The position numbers were made by a program, and so were the translations under genes. This document shows positions 37,031 to 49,151 of a DNA stretch of 64,000 bases, one piece after another (the stretch's first letter is position 1; every line of letters starts with the position of its first letter). The notes under the pieces are model-generated. The model made no database searches. It was not told the DNA's origin and worked only from the letters and a program-made list of their open reading frames with translations. The stretch spans positions 34,102,001 to 34,166,000 of the forward strand of contig CM059432.1 in NCBI GenBank assembly GCA_030390025.1, read 5' to 3'. Source of the DNA: Squalus acanthias. Its lineage: Eukaryota.

Positions 37031-40000
37031 TTTACGGCAGCGTTTTCCTTGAGAGCCACAGTGTACTAACCACAGGATGTGCTGCAGCAAATCGCCAAGG
37101 CTTCTTCAGCAGCACCTCCCAAACCCGCAACCTCCACCACCTAGATGGTCTAGGTGTATGAGAACACCATCACCGGGTAGGGGCGGCAGGTTCCTTGCCC
37201 GAATGACATTAGCGAACCAGTCTGGTTCATAGGTGAGCCTCAATAGTGACTCTCAAGCGAGGAGGCAAACAGTCGTGTCCAATCCTACCCCACCCACAGA
37301 GACACACAGGCTTTCCAGCCCGAGTCACCAGATGGCAATAAGGAGTGGGGACCATGGCTGGTTTCATTCTCCCCTCCCCAGGGGTGCAGAGACTCAATTG
37401 CAGTATCTCTCTTGCTTTCCCAACTGAGAGCAGCTAACTCAGCAGAGGCTGGGCAAATTGGTTTAATTAACTGAGAGTATCAGAGGTCTAGAGCATTCCT
37501 TCTTCATGAGCTCATTTAATCACATAAGCTGCAGTGGAACAGCAGAACCTTTCTGAAAACCCTGTTGGCCATTTAAAAAAAAAGTGTTTTCAGAATGTTA
37601 CCCTGGTTTACTTTTTGGAGCAGTTCTTGTATATTGGGGAAGGGCATGACAGTCATCCCTTGATCCTGTCCTGATTTGACATCTGTACAAACAGACTTGC
37701 CAGCAGGAGTCGCTGGATAGTGATCAGGAGTGCAAACTGTAGCTGGTTTTGTTCCCCTCCTTAACCCTGGGGCAGTGAAACCAATTGCAGCATCCCACTC
37801 GTTGCCAAGGCTGAGAGCAGCTAAATCAGGAAGAAAGAATGACGACTTGCATTTATATAACACCTTTCCCGATCTCAGGATGTCCCAAAGCACTTTACAG
37901 CCAATGAGGTACTTTTGAAGCGTAGTCACTGTTGTAATGTAGGAAACGCAGCAGCTAATTTGTGCACAGACAGCAATGAAATAAAGGGCCTGATCATCTG
38001 TTTTAGGTGTTGGTTGAGGGATAAATGTTGGCTAGGACACCGGCAGAACTCCCCTGCTCTTCTTCAAAAGAGTGACATGGGATCTACTGCATCCACCTGA
38101 GAGGACAGACAGGGCCTTCGTTTAACATCTCATCAGAAAGACGACACCTCTGACAGTGCAGCACTGAAGTGTCAGCCTAGATTTTGTATTTAAGTCTCTA
38201 TAGTGGGACTTGAATCCACAACCTTCTGACTCAGAGGCAAGGTTGCTACCACTGAACCATGGCTAACAGCATAGGGCTGGGACTGGGGTCTGCTATTCCT
38301 ATATGGTACATCACCACACTTTAAGAGAGCACTTTTAGCCAGTGGGAATGTCAGTAGGTTCATAGTCCCCTCAACATCCAGTTCCCACAACAATACTTCC
38401 AGTGTTTATATAATTCAGACCAGCAGTGCAAGACGAAGGCCCACCACCACCTTCTCAAGGGTAACTAGGGATGGACACTAAATGCCAGCCTTGCCAGCGA
38501 AGCCCTCAGCCTGAGAATGATTTTTTTAAAAGCAACAATAATAAACAAAGAAGTTGGTTGTCAGTTTTCTTTTAATTTACACTCTGTCTGCAAACCAAAC
38601 ATTAATCAAAATGGAGCAGTTTTCAGTGTGTTAGCTGCAGTCCATATTATAATTCACCCTACAGTCAGCCAGGACAATATGAAGCAAGTACAGAGATAGA
38701 AGTTCAGCTGATTTGACGGGGAAAAAAACCTTACCTTTGTATAGTGCCTCATTGCATCCCAAGCACTTCACATGCAAATGACTTACAATCAGTGTTGTTA
38801 CATAGGCAAGTGCAGCAGCCATTTTGCACACGGAAAGATCCCACAAACAACCACAACAACAACTAGCGCCTTTAAAGTAGCAAAATATCCCAAGGTGCTT
38901 CACTTAATTAGACAGAAAAATTGACACCGAGACAAGGAAATATTAGGGCTAGTGACCAAAAGCTTGGTCAAAGAGGTAGGTTTTAAGGACTATCTTAAAG
39001 GAGGTGGAGAGGTTTAGGGAGAGCTTAGGTCCTAGATGGCTGAAGGCACGGCCACCAATGGTGGGGTGCAGGGAGTGGGAGACGCACAAGAGGCCAAAGT
39101 TGGAGGAATGCAGAGTTCTTGTAGGGGTGGAGAAGGTTAAAGAGATACAAACAGCCGTGAGATGAATGACCAGTTCATCTTATTTAATTTGGTGCCAGTT
39201 GAGGGAGGAATGTTGGCCAGGACACCGGGAGAACTCCCTCAAATAAGGGACTGAAACTAACATGATCTCCAGATCTCTCGCTGGGCCTTCAGCGGTAGAC
39301 GAGGTGAAAACCCCGGAAAAATGCTGGAAGTGGCAATTTTCGCCATTTTTCTGGAAGGGGGATTCCAAATAAGTTATGGTGGGAGACTGGGAAGCCTTTG
39401 TGGGAGTTCTACCCCATGATTTTTAATGTCTACCCGAACCAGTGGAACAGGCGGACGATAACTATAGGAACAGGAGTAGGCCACTTAGCCCCTCGAGCCT
39501 GTTCTGCCATTCAATGAGATCATGGCTGATCTGCGACCTAACTCCATATACCCACCTTTGGCCCATATCCCTTTAGTTAACAAAAATCTATCAATCTCAG
39601 ATTTAAATTTAACAATTGATCTAGCATCAATTGCCGTTTGTGGAAGAGAGTTCCAAACTTCTACCACCCTTTGTGTGTAGAAGTGTTTCCTAATTTCACT
39701 CCTGAAAGGTCTGGCTCTAATTTTTAGACTAGACTAATTTTTAACGTATCATTTGAAGAACAGCCAATCTGACGGTGAAGTACTCCCTCAGTATTACCCT
39801 GTGGTGATGACCTAGATCAGGTGCTCAACCCTTGGAGTGGAGCTTGAACCCACAAACCCCCCTGATTTAGAGATGAGAGTGGTACCATCTGAGTCAAGCT
39901 ACGCAAAGTTCTGATCGAATTACCATCTTTCAGCTAGCATTGACATTGCAAAGTACAGATGTATTCTATGTTTATTTTAATTAACTCGTTTATTATAAAT

Positions 40001-40282
40001 CTTCCATTAAAATAATAGACAATTGTCCCTGAATGTGTAAAACTTTCGTATACCGATATTTACTCTGTGCTGAGTTAGGTGATCTAAACTACGGATGCTA
40101 TAGGAGCTCTGCAATCTGATTGAGCCATTCGGAGCCAGCGAGTGGAAACATCCGCCAGCATTCCCACATCCTATTTGTAAACAGTGACACCTGTTGGAAA
40201 ATAGGTGCTCGTGGATGTCACTGAAGGCATGTTCAAATAAACCCTGTAATATAAACAGAGTCAGCTTTTCTTCCTAATATAC

Positions 40283-42980
40283 ACAAGGTCTGCTATTCCC
40301 TGTAATATACACAGGGTCTGTTATTCTCTATAATATACACAGGGTCTGCTATTCTCTAAAGTATACGCAGGGTCTGTTAGTCTCTATAATATATACAGGG
40401 TCTGTTATTATCTATAATATATACAGGGTCTGCTATTCTCTATAATATATACAGGGTCTGCTATTCTCTATAATATATACAGGGTCTGCTATTCTCTATA
40501 ATATACACAGGATCTGCTATTCTCTATAATATACACAAGGACTGCTATTCTCTATAATATATACAGGATCTGCTATTCTCTATAATATACACAAGATCTG
40601 CTATTCTCTATAATATACACAGGGTCTGCTATTCCCTATATTATACACAGGGTCTGCTATTCTCTATAATGTACACAAGATCTGCTATTCTCTATAATAT
40701 ACACAGGGTCTGCTATTCTCTATAATATACACACGGTCTGCTATTCTCTATAATATATACAGGGTCTGCTATTCTCTATAATATACACAAGGACTGCTAT
40801 TCTCTATAATATATACAGGATCTGCTATTCTCTATAATATACACAAGATCTGCTATTCTCTATAATATACACAGGGTCTGCTATTCCCTATATTATACAC
40901 AGGGTCTGCTATTCTCTATAATGTACACAAGATCTGCTATTCTCTATAATATACACAGGGTCTGCTATTCTCTATAATATACACACGGTCTGCTATTCTC
41001 TATAATATATACAGGGTCTGCTATTCTCTATAATATACACAAGGTCTGCTATTCCCTATAATATTCACAGGGTCTGCTATTCTCTATAATATATACAGGG
41101 TCTGCTATTCTCTATAATATACACAGGATCTGCTGTTCCCTATAATGTACACAGGGTCTGCTATTCTCTATACTGTACACAGGGTCTGCTATTCTCTATA
41201 ATATACACAAGGACTGCTATTCTCTATAATATACACAAGATCTGCTATTCTCTATAATATACACAGGGTCTGCTATTCTCTATAATATATACAGGGTCTG
41301 CTATTCTCTATAATATACACAGGGTCTGCTATTCTCTATAATATATACAGGGTCTGCTATTCTCTATAATATACACAGGGTCTGCTATTCCCTATAATAT
41401 ATACAGGGTCTGCTATTCTCTATAATATACACAGGGTCTGCTATTCTCTATAATATACACAAGGTCTGCTATTCTCTATAATATATACAGGGTCTGCTAT
41501 TCTCTATAATATACACAAGGTCTGCTATTCTCTATAATATACACAGGGTCTGCTATTCTCTATAATATACACAAGGTCTGCTATTCTCTATAATATACAC
41601 AAGGTCTGCTATTCTCTATAATATATACAGGGTCTGCTATTCTCTATAATATACGCAGGGTCTGCTATTCTCTATAATATATACAGGGTCTGCTATTCTC
41701 TATAATATACACAGGATCTGCTATTCTCTATAATATACGCAGGGTCTGTTATTCTCTATAATATTCACAGGGTCCGTTATTCTCTATAATATACAGAGGG
41801 TCTGCTATTCTCTAATATATACAGGGTCTGTTATTCTCTATAATATTCACAGGGTCCGTTATTCTCTATAATATACAGAGGGTCTGTTATTCTCTATAAT
41901 ATACAGGGTCTGCTATTCTCTATAATATATACAGGGTCTGTTATTCTCCATAATATACGCAGGGTCTGCTATTCTCTAATATATACAGGGTCCGCTATTC
42001 TCTATAATATATACAGGGTCTGCTATTCTCTATAATATACACAGGGTCTGCTATTCTCTATAATATATACAGGGTCTGCTATTCTCTATAATATATACAG
42101 GGTCTGCTATTCTCTATAATATATACAGGGTCTGCTATTCTCTATAATATATACAGGGTCTGTTATTCTCTATAATATACACAGGGTCCGTTATTCTCTA
42201 TAATATATACAGGGTCCGCTATTCTCTATAATATACACAGGGTCTGCTATTCTCTGTAATATATACAGGGTTTGTTATTCTCTATAATATACGCAGGGTC
42301 TGTTATTCTCTATAATATACACAGGGTCTGTAATTCTCTATAATATATACAGGGTTTGTTATTCTCTATAATATACACAGGGTCTGCTATTCTCTATAAT
42401 ATACACAGGGTCTGTAATTCTCTATAATATATACAGGGTTTGTTATTCTCTATAATATACGCAGGGTCTGCTATTCTCTATAATATACACAGGGTCTGTT
42501 ATTCTCTATAATATATACAGGGTCTGCTATTCTCTATAATATATACAGGGTCTGCTATTCTCTATAATATACACAGGGTCTGTTATTCTCTATAATATAT
42601 ACAGGGTCTGCTATTCTCTATAATATATACAGGGTCTGCTAGTCTCTATAATATACACAGGGTCTGCTATTCTCTATAATATATACAGGGTCTTCTATTC
42701 TCTATAATATACACAGGGTCTGCTATTCTCTATAATATATACAGGGTCTGCTATTCTCTATAATATATACAGGGTCTGCTATTCTCTATAATATGCACAG
42801 GGCCTGTTATTCCCTATAATATATACAGGGTCTGCTATTTTCTATAATATACACAGGGTCTGTTATTCCCTATAATATACACAGGGTCTGTTATTCCTTA
42901 TAATATATACAGGGTCTGCTATTTTCTATAATATACACAGGGTCTGCTATTCTCTATAATATATACAGGGTCTGTTATTC
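40283..42980. repeat. Satellite/minisatellite, 28-bp unit, roughly 95 copies
   Basis: Unit acagggtctgctattctctataatataY with period 28 (e.g. 40451 to 40479); no spacers. Confidence 0.98.
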
Positions 42981-43829
42981 ACAATAATACATGACAGCTG
43001 TGGCGTTACTGCCACAAATGGTGCAAATGAAACATTCATGCCTTGGAATGAAAGCAGCCAGTAACTGAAACATAGAAACAGGAGGAGGCCATTCAGCCCC
43101 TCGAGCCTGTTCCGCCATTCAATTAGATCATGGCTGATCTGTACCTCAACTCCATTTACCCACCTTTGCTCCATATGCCTTGATACCCTTATTTAACAAA
43201 AAATTATCAACCTCAGTCTTGAAAACCCCAATTGGCCCAGCATCGACCGCCCTTTGAGGGAGAGAGTTCCAGAATTCCATTTTTGTTTGTGTGTAAAAGT
43301 GCTTCCTGATTTCCCTCCTAAATGGCCGAGCTCTAATTTTAAAGATTATGCTCCTTTGTTCTGGATTTCTCCACCAGAGGAAATAGCTTCTCTGTATCTA
43401 CCTTAAGACCTTCTGACTCAGGGGTGAAAGTGTTCCGAGTGAGCCAAGCTGACACTTATCTGGAAGGTGTTAATGTGCTGAAAAGCTTGTCAGCTCACAG
43501 CTGCTGCTGACTTTAACTGACTTCAGGCCACGGACTGACTCTGTTGAGTGCGGCGGGACCATAGAACAGGACTAATTGGGGAGAATGTTATCCTTGGAGC
43601 AGGATTATACATCGAGGGATGTTTTTCCTGGACGCTGCAATCGACATATTGAGTGTGAATGGGAAGTGATGTGCTTGATGGGAATGTTATGGTTAGGTCA
43701 GGTTGTACGTGGGGTTAAACGGACACTTGAAGTCATTCTCTGAGCGCATTGCAGGTGTCCTGCCTCTCAACTTATCAGCGTCACGGGTCAAGCAGCGAGC
43801 TCTCTTGCTTCCATCCAACCTTTTCTTTG

Positions 43830-44262
43830 TCAGCCGTGGCTCAGTCGTTAGCACTTTCACCTCTGAGTCAGAAGGTTGTGGGTTCAATTCCCACTTGAGC
43901 ACATCATTTAGGCTGACACTCCAGTACAAGTACTAAGGGAGCCCTGCACTTTTGGGGTTGCTGTCTTTTGGATGAGGCGTTAAACCGAGGTCCCATCTGC
44001 CCTCTCAGGTAGATGTAAAAAACCTCATGGCATTATTTCAAAGAAGGGCGGGGGTGTCCAGGCCAATATTTATCCCTCAACTAACATCACTAAAAACAGA
44101 TTATCTGGTCATTGCCACATTACTGTTGCTGGGAGCTTGCGCTGGTGTGTTTCCTACATTACAATAATAACCTCACTTCAAAAGTACATCATTGTTGTAA
44201 CGTGCTTTGGGACGTCCTGAGGTCGGGAAAGGCGCTATACAAATGCAAGCCTTTCTTCTTTC
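43830..44262 (+). mobile_element. SacSINE1/DeuSINE-like SINE, near full length; further copies at approx. 5200-5480, 5490-5870, 6460-6765(-), 12290-12720(-), 12727-12990, 18550-18800(-), 29075-29390, 29938-30300, 34240-34560(-), 37835-38265(-), 38730-38850(-), 39150-39240(-), 46885-47340, 50100-50195(-)
   Basis: tRNA-like head (gtggctcag..tagc..ctgagtcagaaggttgtgggttcaa), Deu-like core (aaaccgaggtccc..ctctcaggt.gatgtaaaa..gccaatatttatccctcaa) and an L2-like tail (aaggcgctatacaaatgcaag). Confidence 0.8.
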
Positions 44263-45325
44263 ATCCGTTTAAAGTCAGAGCCTTCGTTCCCAGGATCCTC
44301 TAGAATGGGGTCTCTCCAGCGGAGTTCCTGTCAGGAGAGAGACTAAATCAAGATACCCTGTTAATAAGGGAGTCTATATGAAGACCCCGACGAAAAGAAC
44401 AAGTCTCAACTTAGGACCTCATTATAAGGAAGGTCTCTTGGATCGAGGTGGTCTCATCAAGGCCCTCTATTAAAAAAGGCATTTTCACCATCAGAGCTTT
44501 ATCCATTGAGAGAGTCTCAGCCTCACAATTCTTTCTAAAGAGAAATCAGGACTTTTCTTCCACAGATCCTGGTGCAGAACTGAGCAAAACAGATGAGGAA
44601 AGCCCTGGGTTTGATCCCGAGTCTGTGCTAAGTAGCTGAGGCCAACCAGGGCACTGATGGGGATGCAACAACTGGCTCAGGGATTGGGAAATCAGCCAGG
44701 GTTTTATTCATGGCCACTATCCAATGACCCCCAAATGGGAAGCCAGGGTGAGAACAGGACTGATGTCTGCTTCAATGACCCTCGTAACCTCGTCTGATGA
44801 CACTCACTGCCTCAACTCACGAATAAAAGAAGGCAACTCAGATTCGGTGCCCCTTGATTATGGAACCCCATTACAACATGAGGCAGTGTGTTTAGGGTAG
44901 GGTGGGAGAGAATTCGAGGCAGGGGTTTATTCATTGAGAGAGTCTCAGCATCACAATTCCTTCTAAAGAGTAACAGTAGGCTTTTCTGAGCTTTCCAGCT
45001 TCACTAAACCAAATGCCAACAAGCTCAGATCTATTGCCCTATTGTCAATTTTCTTTCTCTCTGCCTGGATACAGTAAATGTTCCGATTGTCTCAGTGGAT
45101 TCTGGGAATCCAACTTTGACCCTTTCAGGCGATCCAGGGTAGAGTGACTATTACAAACACGTGCTTTAAGTCTCACAAACCACCTGGGACGCTCGCTAAC
45201 GGGTTCTGTCAACAGTTTTGCCCCAAGCGAGTGAGCAGCAACAGAATGGGCCCATTCTGCCTGACCATCCAGTTCTCTGCACCTGTTCTCTCCGAGCAGC
45301 TAATGGATGCTTTTCTGTGTGACGC

Positions 45326-45344
45326 TGCTGCCACCTAGTGGCAG
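45326..45344 (-). promoter_or_regulatory. Candidate CTCF site
   Basis: Minus strand CTGCCACTAGGTGGCAGCA is close to the CTCF consensus and sits in unique sequence. Confidence 0.5.
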
Positions 45345-47078
45345 AGGTTGATGTTTCAGGAGACCTCAGCAAGAACATTCATTGCCAGGCTCTGTACAGT
45401 GGGAAGCGAAAGGCTAATAATTCTCCTCTCGTCTGACCAGGCCGAGGCAGAATCAAGAGTATTGGACTTCAACTTGCTTTTGACATATTACGACTGACAC
45501 CCCTGCCCTCTTTAATTTCATTCCTAGATACCTCTGCTTTCTCACCATCTTTCCTGCTTGCCAAAGCCTTCTAGAAATCTTTCTCTTTGACTTCAATACA
45601 CCTTCCCGTGTTTAAGAACTCTTTACAGAAAGGGAGATGGGAAATTTAATCAGGGCAAAGAGATAGGCCCCAGTTTTAACTGCAGGCCAGTTTCAAACTC
45701 ACCTGCTGCTCTCGACATGAGGCCCAGGACTATTTTAACTCCCAGGCCTCATTTAAATCCTGCTGCTGACCTCCCATCCACTTGTAAATTCCCTGCCAAG
45801 GTTTCTTCTCCTGAGCACCTCAATATATTTTAATGTTTGTAAACTTGTATTGCTACAGTTATGAAACTCCCCCCCCCCACCCCTTCTGCCAGGTCAGGCC
45901 ACACCAAACAACTGCCTTGAATATGTGCAAGTCCTATTACTTATGTCTATCATGATGACTGCAGCATTCATTGTCCAGCTCTCTCCTGCCACCCTTTAGG
46001 GTCCTGGCCACTTCCCACATTTCTTCCTGCTTTGTTCCTGATGTGATCCGACTTGACCCAGTACCTCCTGCCTCCACTGCCTATTCTTCACCGCCGTGGC
46101 CAAACCACAAGACTGCTGCCCGTTCCTAGCTCTGCTGCCACCAGACGCATCATCTCCCGCTGCCGAACCGTCAAACTTCTAGCGCCCCGTGGGACCACTC
46201 TGAGGCCTAACGCTGCCTGACCTGTGGCATTCCACCCTTGCTGGCTAATCTTTGCTGCCAGAGATTCCCCGATCAGCAGCCGTAACTGCGGCGGAAAGCC
46301 CGGACACGCTGTGTGAAAAGTGTTGGCGCTGAAGTTACGGTTGCTGATCATGAGAACCCCTCTCCTGAGGAAATTGCCAGCCAACATCTTTAGACACAAC
46401 AAGGGATCATTTTATTATATTTGTAATTTGCACCAGATGGTAACTTTCCCCTTCTGAGACGCCCTACAACCTACCCACCCATTGGCAAACCTTTGTGGCT
46501 TCAACTGCATCCAGAGTTGGCTACAAGCTGAAATTTCCATCTGCAATATGCCCCAGGCAAACAACATCCACAACATGGGGTCAGCTTCCAAATGTAAGCT
46601 GACGCCACCCTATCTCTCTCGACGACTCCACTGCCTCTGTGTCGTCAGACCACTTGTCTGACATCCAGTCTTAGCTGAGCTGCAAATTCCTCCAGTTAAA
46701 CATTGGGAAGACTGAGGACATCATCTTCAGCCCCCGTCACCAACACCGTACTCTTTCCACTGATTCCATTCCACTGCCGAGCCACTGTCCCAGACCAAAC
46801 CAGACTGTTCTGAACCTCAGTGTTCTGTTTCAACCCCAGCTGAGCTTCTGGCCTCCTATTGTCTCCGTCACAAAGACCGCCTACTTCTGCCCTCTCAGGT
46901 GGACGTAATAGATCCCATGGCACTATTCGAAGAAGAGCAGGGGCGTTCTCTCCGGTGTCCTAGCCAATATTTATCCCTCAACCAACATCGCTAAAAAACA
47001 GATTATCTAGTCATTATCTCATTGCTGTTTGTGGGAGCTTGCTGTGCAAAAATTGGCTGCTGTGTTTCCCTACGTTAC

Positions 47079-47255
47079 TGAGAAGTCGCACAACACCAGG
47101 TTATAGTCCAACAGTTTTATTTGAAATCACGAGCTTTCGGAGCGCTGCTCCTTCGTCAGGTAAATTTCAAATAAAACCGTTGGACTATAACCTGGTGTTG
47201 TGCGACTTCTCATTTTTGTCCACCCCAGTCCAACACCGGCATCTCCGCATCATGG
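47079..47255. mobile_element. Penelope-type inverted terminal-repeat insert with hammerhead (47127-47163, minus) inside a SacSINE1-like copy
   Basis: Minus strand uuac-CUGACGA-a-GGAGC-agc-GCUCC-GAAA-GCUC-guga. TSD tccctacRttac at 47067-47078 and 47256-47267. Confidence 0.7.
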
Positions 47256-47784
47256 TCCCTACATTACAACAGTGACTGCACTTCAAAAGTACTTCATTGG
47301 CTGTAAAACACTTTGGGACGGCCTGATGTCATGAAAGGTTCTTTAAAAAAAATATTAGCATTGGATTCGAATCCTTTAAAGCTTCGAATTTAAAATGTTC
47401 ATCCTTGTGTTTAATTCCATCCAAGGTCTTGTGTTTGGTACTTTATAAAAATATGAGTGGGTGTGGAGAGTTGGCTGCAGGATTTGGGTAATATATTTCA
47501 ATATTATGTAATTCTGTGTAATATTCCTCTGTCCTGCCTGTCACTGAGTCCCAGCTGGGAGTTGTCCACAGTGACCTTGATGTGACCCCAGAGTGCTGTA
47601 TCACATCAGGTCCGAGGCGTGGTTTGGAAGCTGTCACCTGTCTTGTGTTTTATTTAATAGCAAGAAAAAAAGCAGCCACACCTTGTGGGTGAGTCAGAAG
47701 AATGATGTCATTTCCTCAGATGTAGCCTGGGGAAGTGATATAATTCTAATCAGGGCAGCACTTGGGGCTTATAAATAACAGCTG

Positions 47785-48320
47785 TACGCACGTGTTTGAG
47801 TGTGTTTGTGTGTGTGTGCATAATAGTGTGGTAAGTGTGTGTGCATGAGTGTGAGTATGTTTGCGTGAGCGTGTGTGCGCATGCGTGAATTTATTTGTGC
47901 GCTTGTGAGTGTGCATATGTGTGCGTGAGTGTGTTTGTGCGTATGCATGCATGTGTACGTGAGTGTGTGTGCGTGTCAGTGTGAGTGTGTGTGCGTATGC
48001 ATGCATGTGTACGTGAGTGTGTGTGCGTGTCAGTGTGAGTGTGTGTGCGTATGCATGCATGTGTGAGTGCGTGTCAGTGTGAGTATCTGCGTGTCAGTGT
48101 GTGTGTGAGTGTGCATATGCATGCATGCGTGTGTGCATGTCAGTATGTATGAGTGTGTGTGCGTGAGTGTGCATGTGAGTGTGTGCGTGTCAGTGTGCGT
48201 GAGTGTGCGTGTCAGTATGCGTGTTAGTGTACGTGAGTGTGTGTGTGTCAGTGTGCGTGAGTGTGTGTGTGTGCGTGAGTGTGTGTGTGTGTGTGCGTGA
48301 GTGTGTGTGTGTGTGTACAC
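47785..48320. repeat. Complex (TG)n-derived repeat
   Basis: Degenerate tgtgtgcgtgag/tgcatg arrays. Confidence 0.95.
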
Positions 48321-48427
48321 ACTTCATTGTCAAACCTAGCTGAGGATTCAAGACTCACAAAGCTGGAATAGATGAGGAAGGAAGAGGTAACCAAAGAAGT
48401 GATGGTTAAAAGGAATCAATGTATATT

Positions 48428-49151
48428 GGGCCGGATATTCCGATCCCTAGGGGTGGGTACGCGCTGTGTACTCACCCGTAGGGACATCGGAGATGCTGGT
48501 TTTAGGCATGCACTGCACGTGCGCTGGAAACTGGCATTTCCGATCTGTCAAGAAAGCTCTTGACAGATCCTCCGGCTGCGCTGGAGCAGGGCCTCTGCGG
48601 GGGGAGAGTTCCGCTTTTTGGAGATCCTCCGCCCGCAGAAAACCCTTACAATTCTTGCGCCGGTAAAAGCAGGCGTAAGGCCTGCTTTTACCAGGATAAG
48701 AGTTGATTAAGTTTTTTTTAAAACATTTCCACTGATTTATCATTTAAAAATACTTTTAAAAAAGGCAAGTTTATTTTTAGCCCCGTAAAAAACCTTAATT
48801 ATTTTTTTCAAAAATTTACTTCCAAGTCATTTTAAAAATGTGATTTTTTTAAAATTTATTTAAAGTTTTACTATGTTTTGGGGGTGATCTCCATTCATAT
48901 ATTTGACAGGTCTTCCTGTCAAATGTATGAAGGGAGATTCCCTTCTTTGATTGGCTCCCCATGGCCCACGTGATCCCAGGGACGCTGCAAACTACCTGCG
49001 CCCCTGGGGTACGTGGGCCCTGCGCACCGGCAGTTTGGAGAGGCTCAGCATCGGAACTGTGCGCCTCCCAGGAGCCCTCCGGCCCAGGCGCAGATTTTTC
49101 CAGATCGCAGCCCTCCGCCCGCGGGAGGCCTGCGATCGGAATATCTGGGCC
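48428..49151. mobile_element. MITE (Harbinger-like termini); related element in opposite orientation at 60531-61294
   Basis: TIRs gggccggatattccgatc / gatcggaatatctgggcc with an AT-rich centre. Shares aggcgtaag, cccacgtgatcc and gcatgcactgc motifs with 60531-61294 (ggcccagaaatt / aattttcgggcc). Confidence 0.75.

Noticed and set aside
40283..42980. CRISPR-like array (28-bp repeats)
   Set aside because: Head-to-tail units with no unique spacers, no cas genes, vertebrate context.
43836..43900. tRNA gene
   Set aside because: It is the tRNA-derived head of a SINE, continuing directly into the SINE body.
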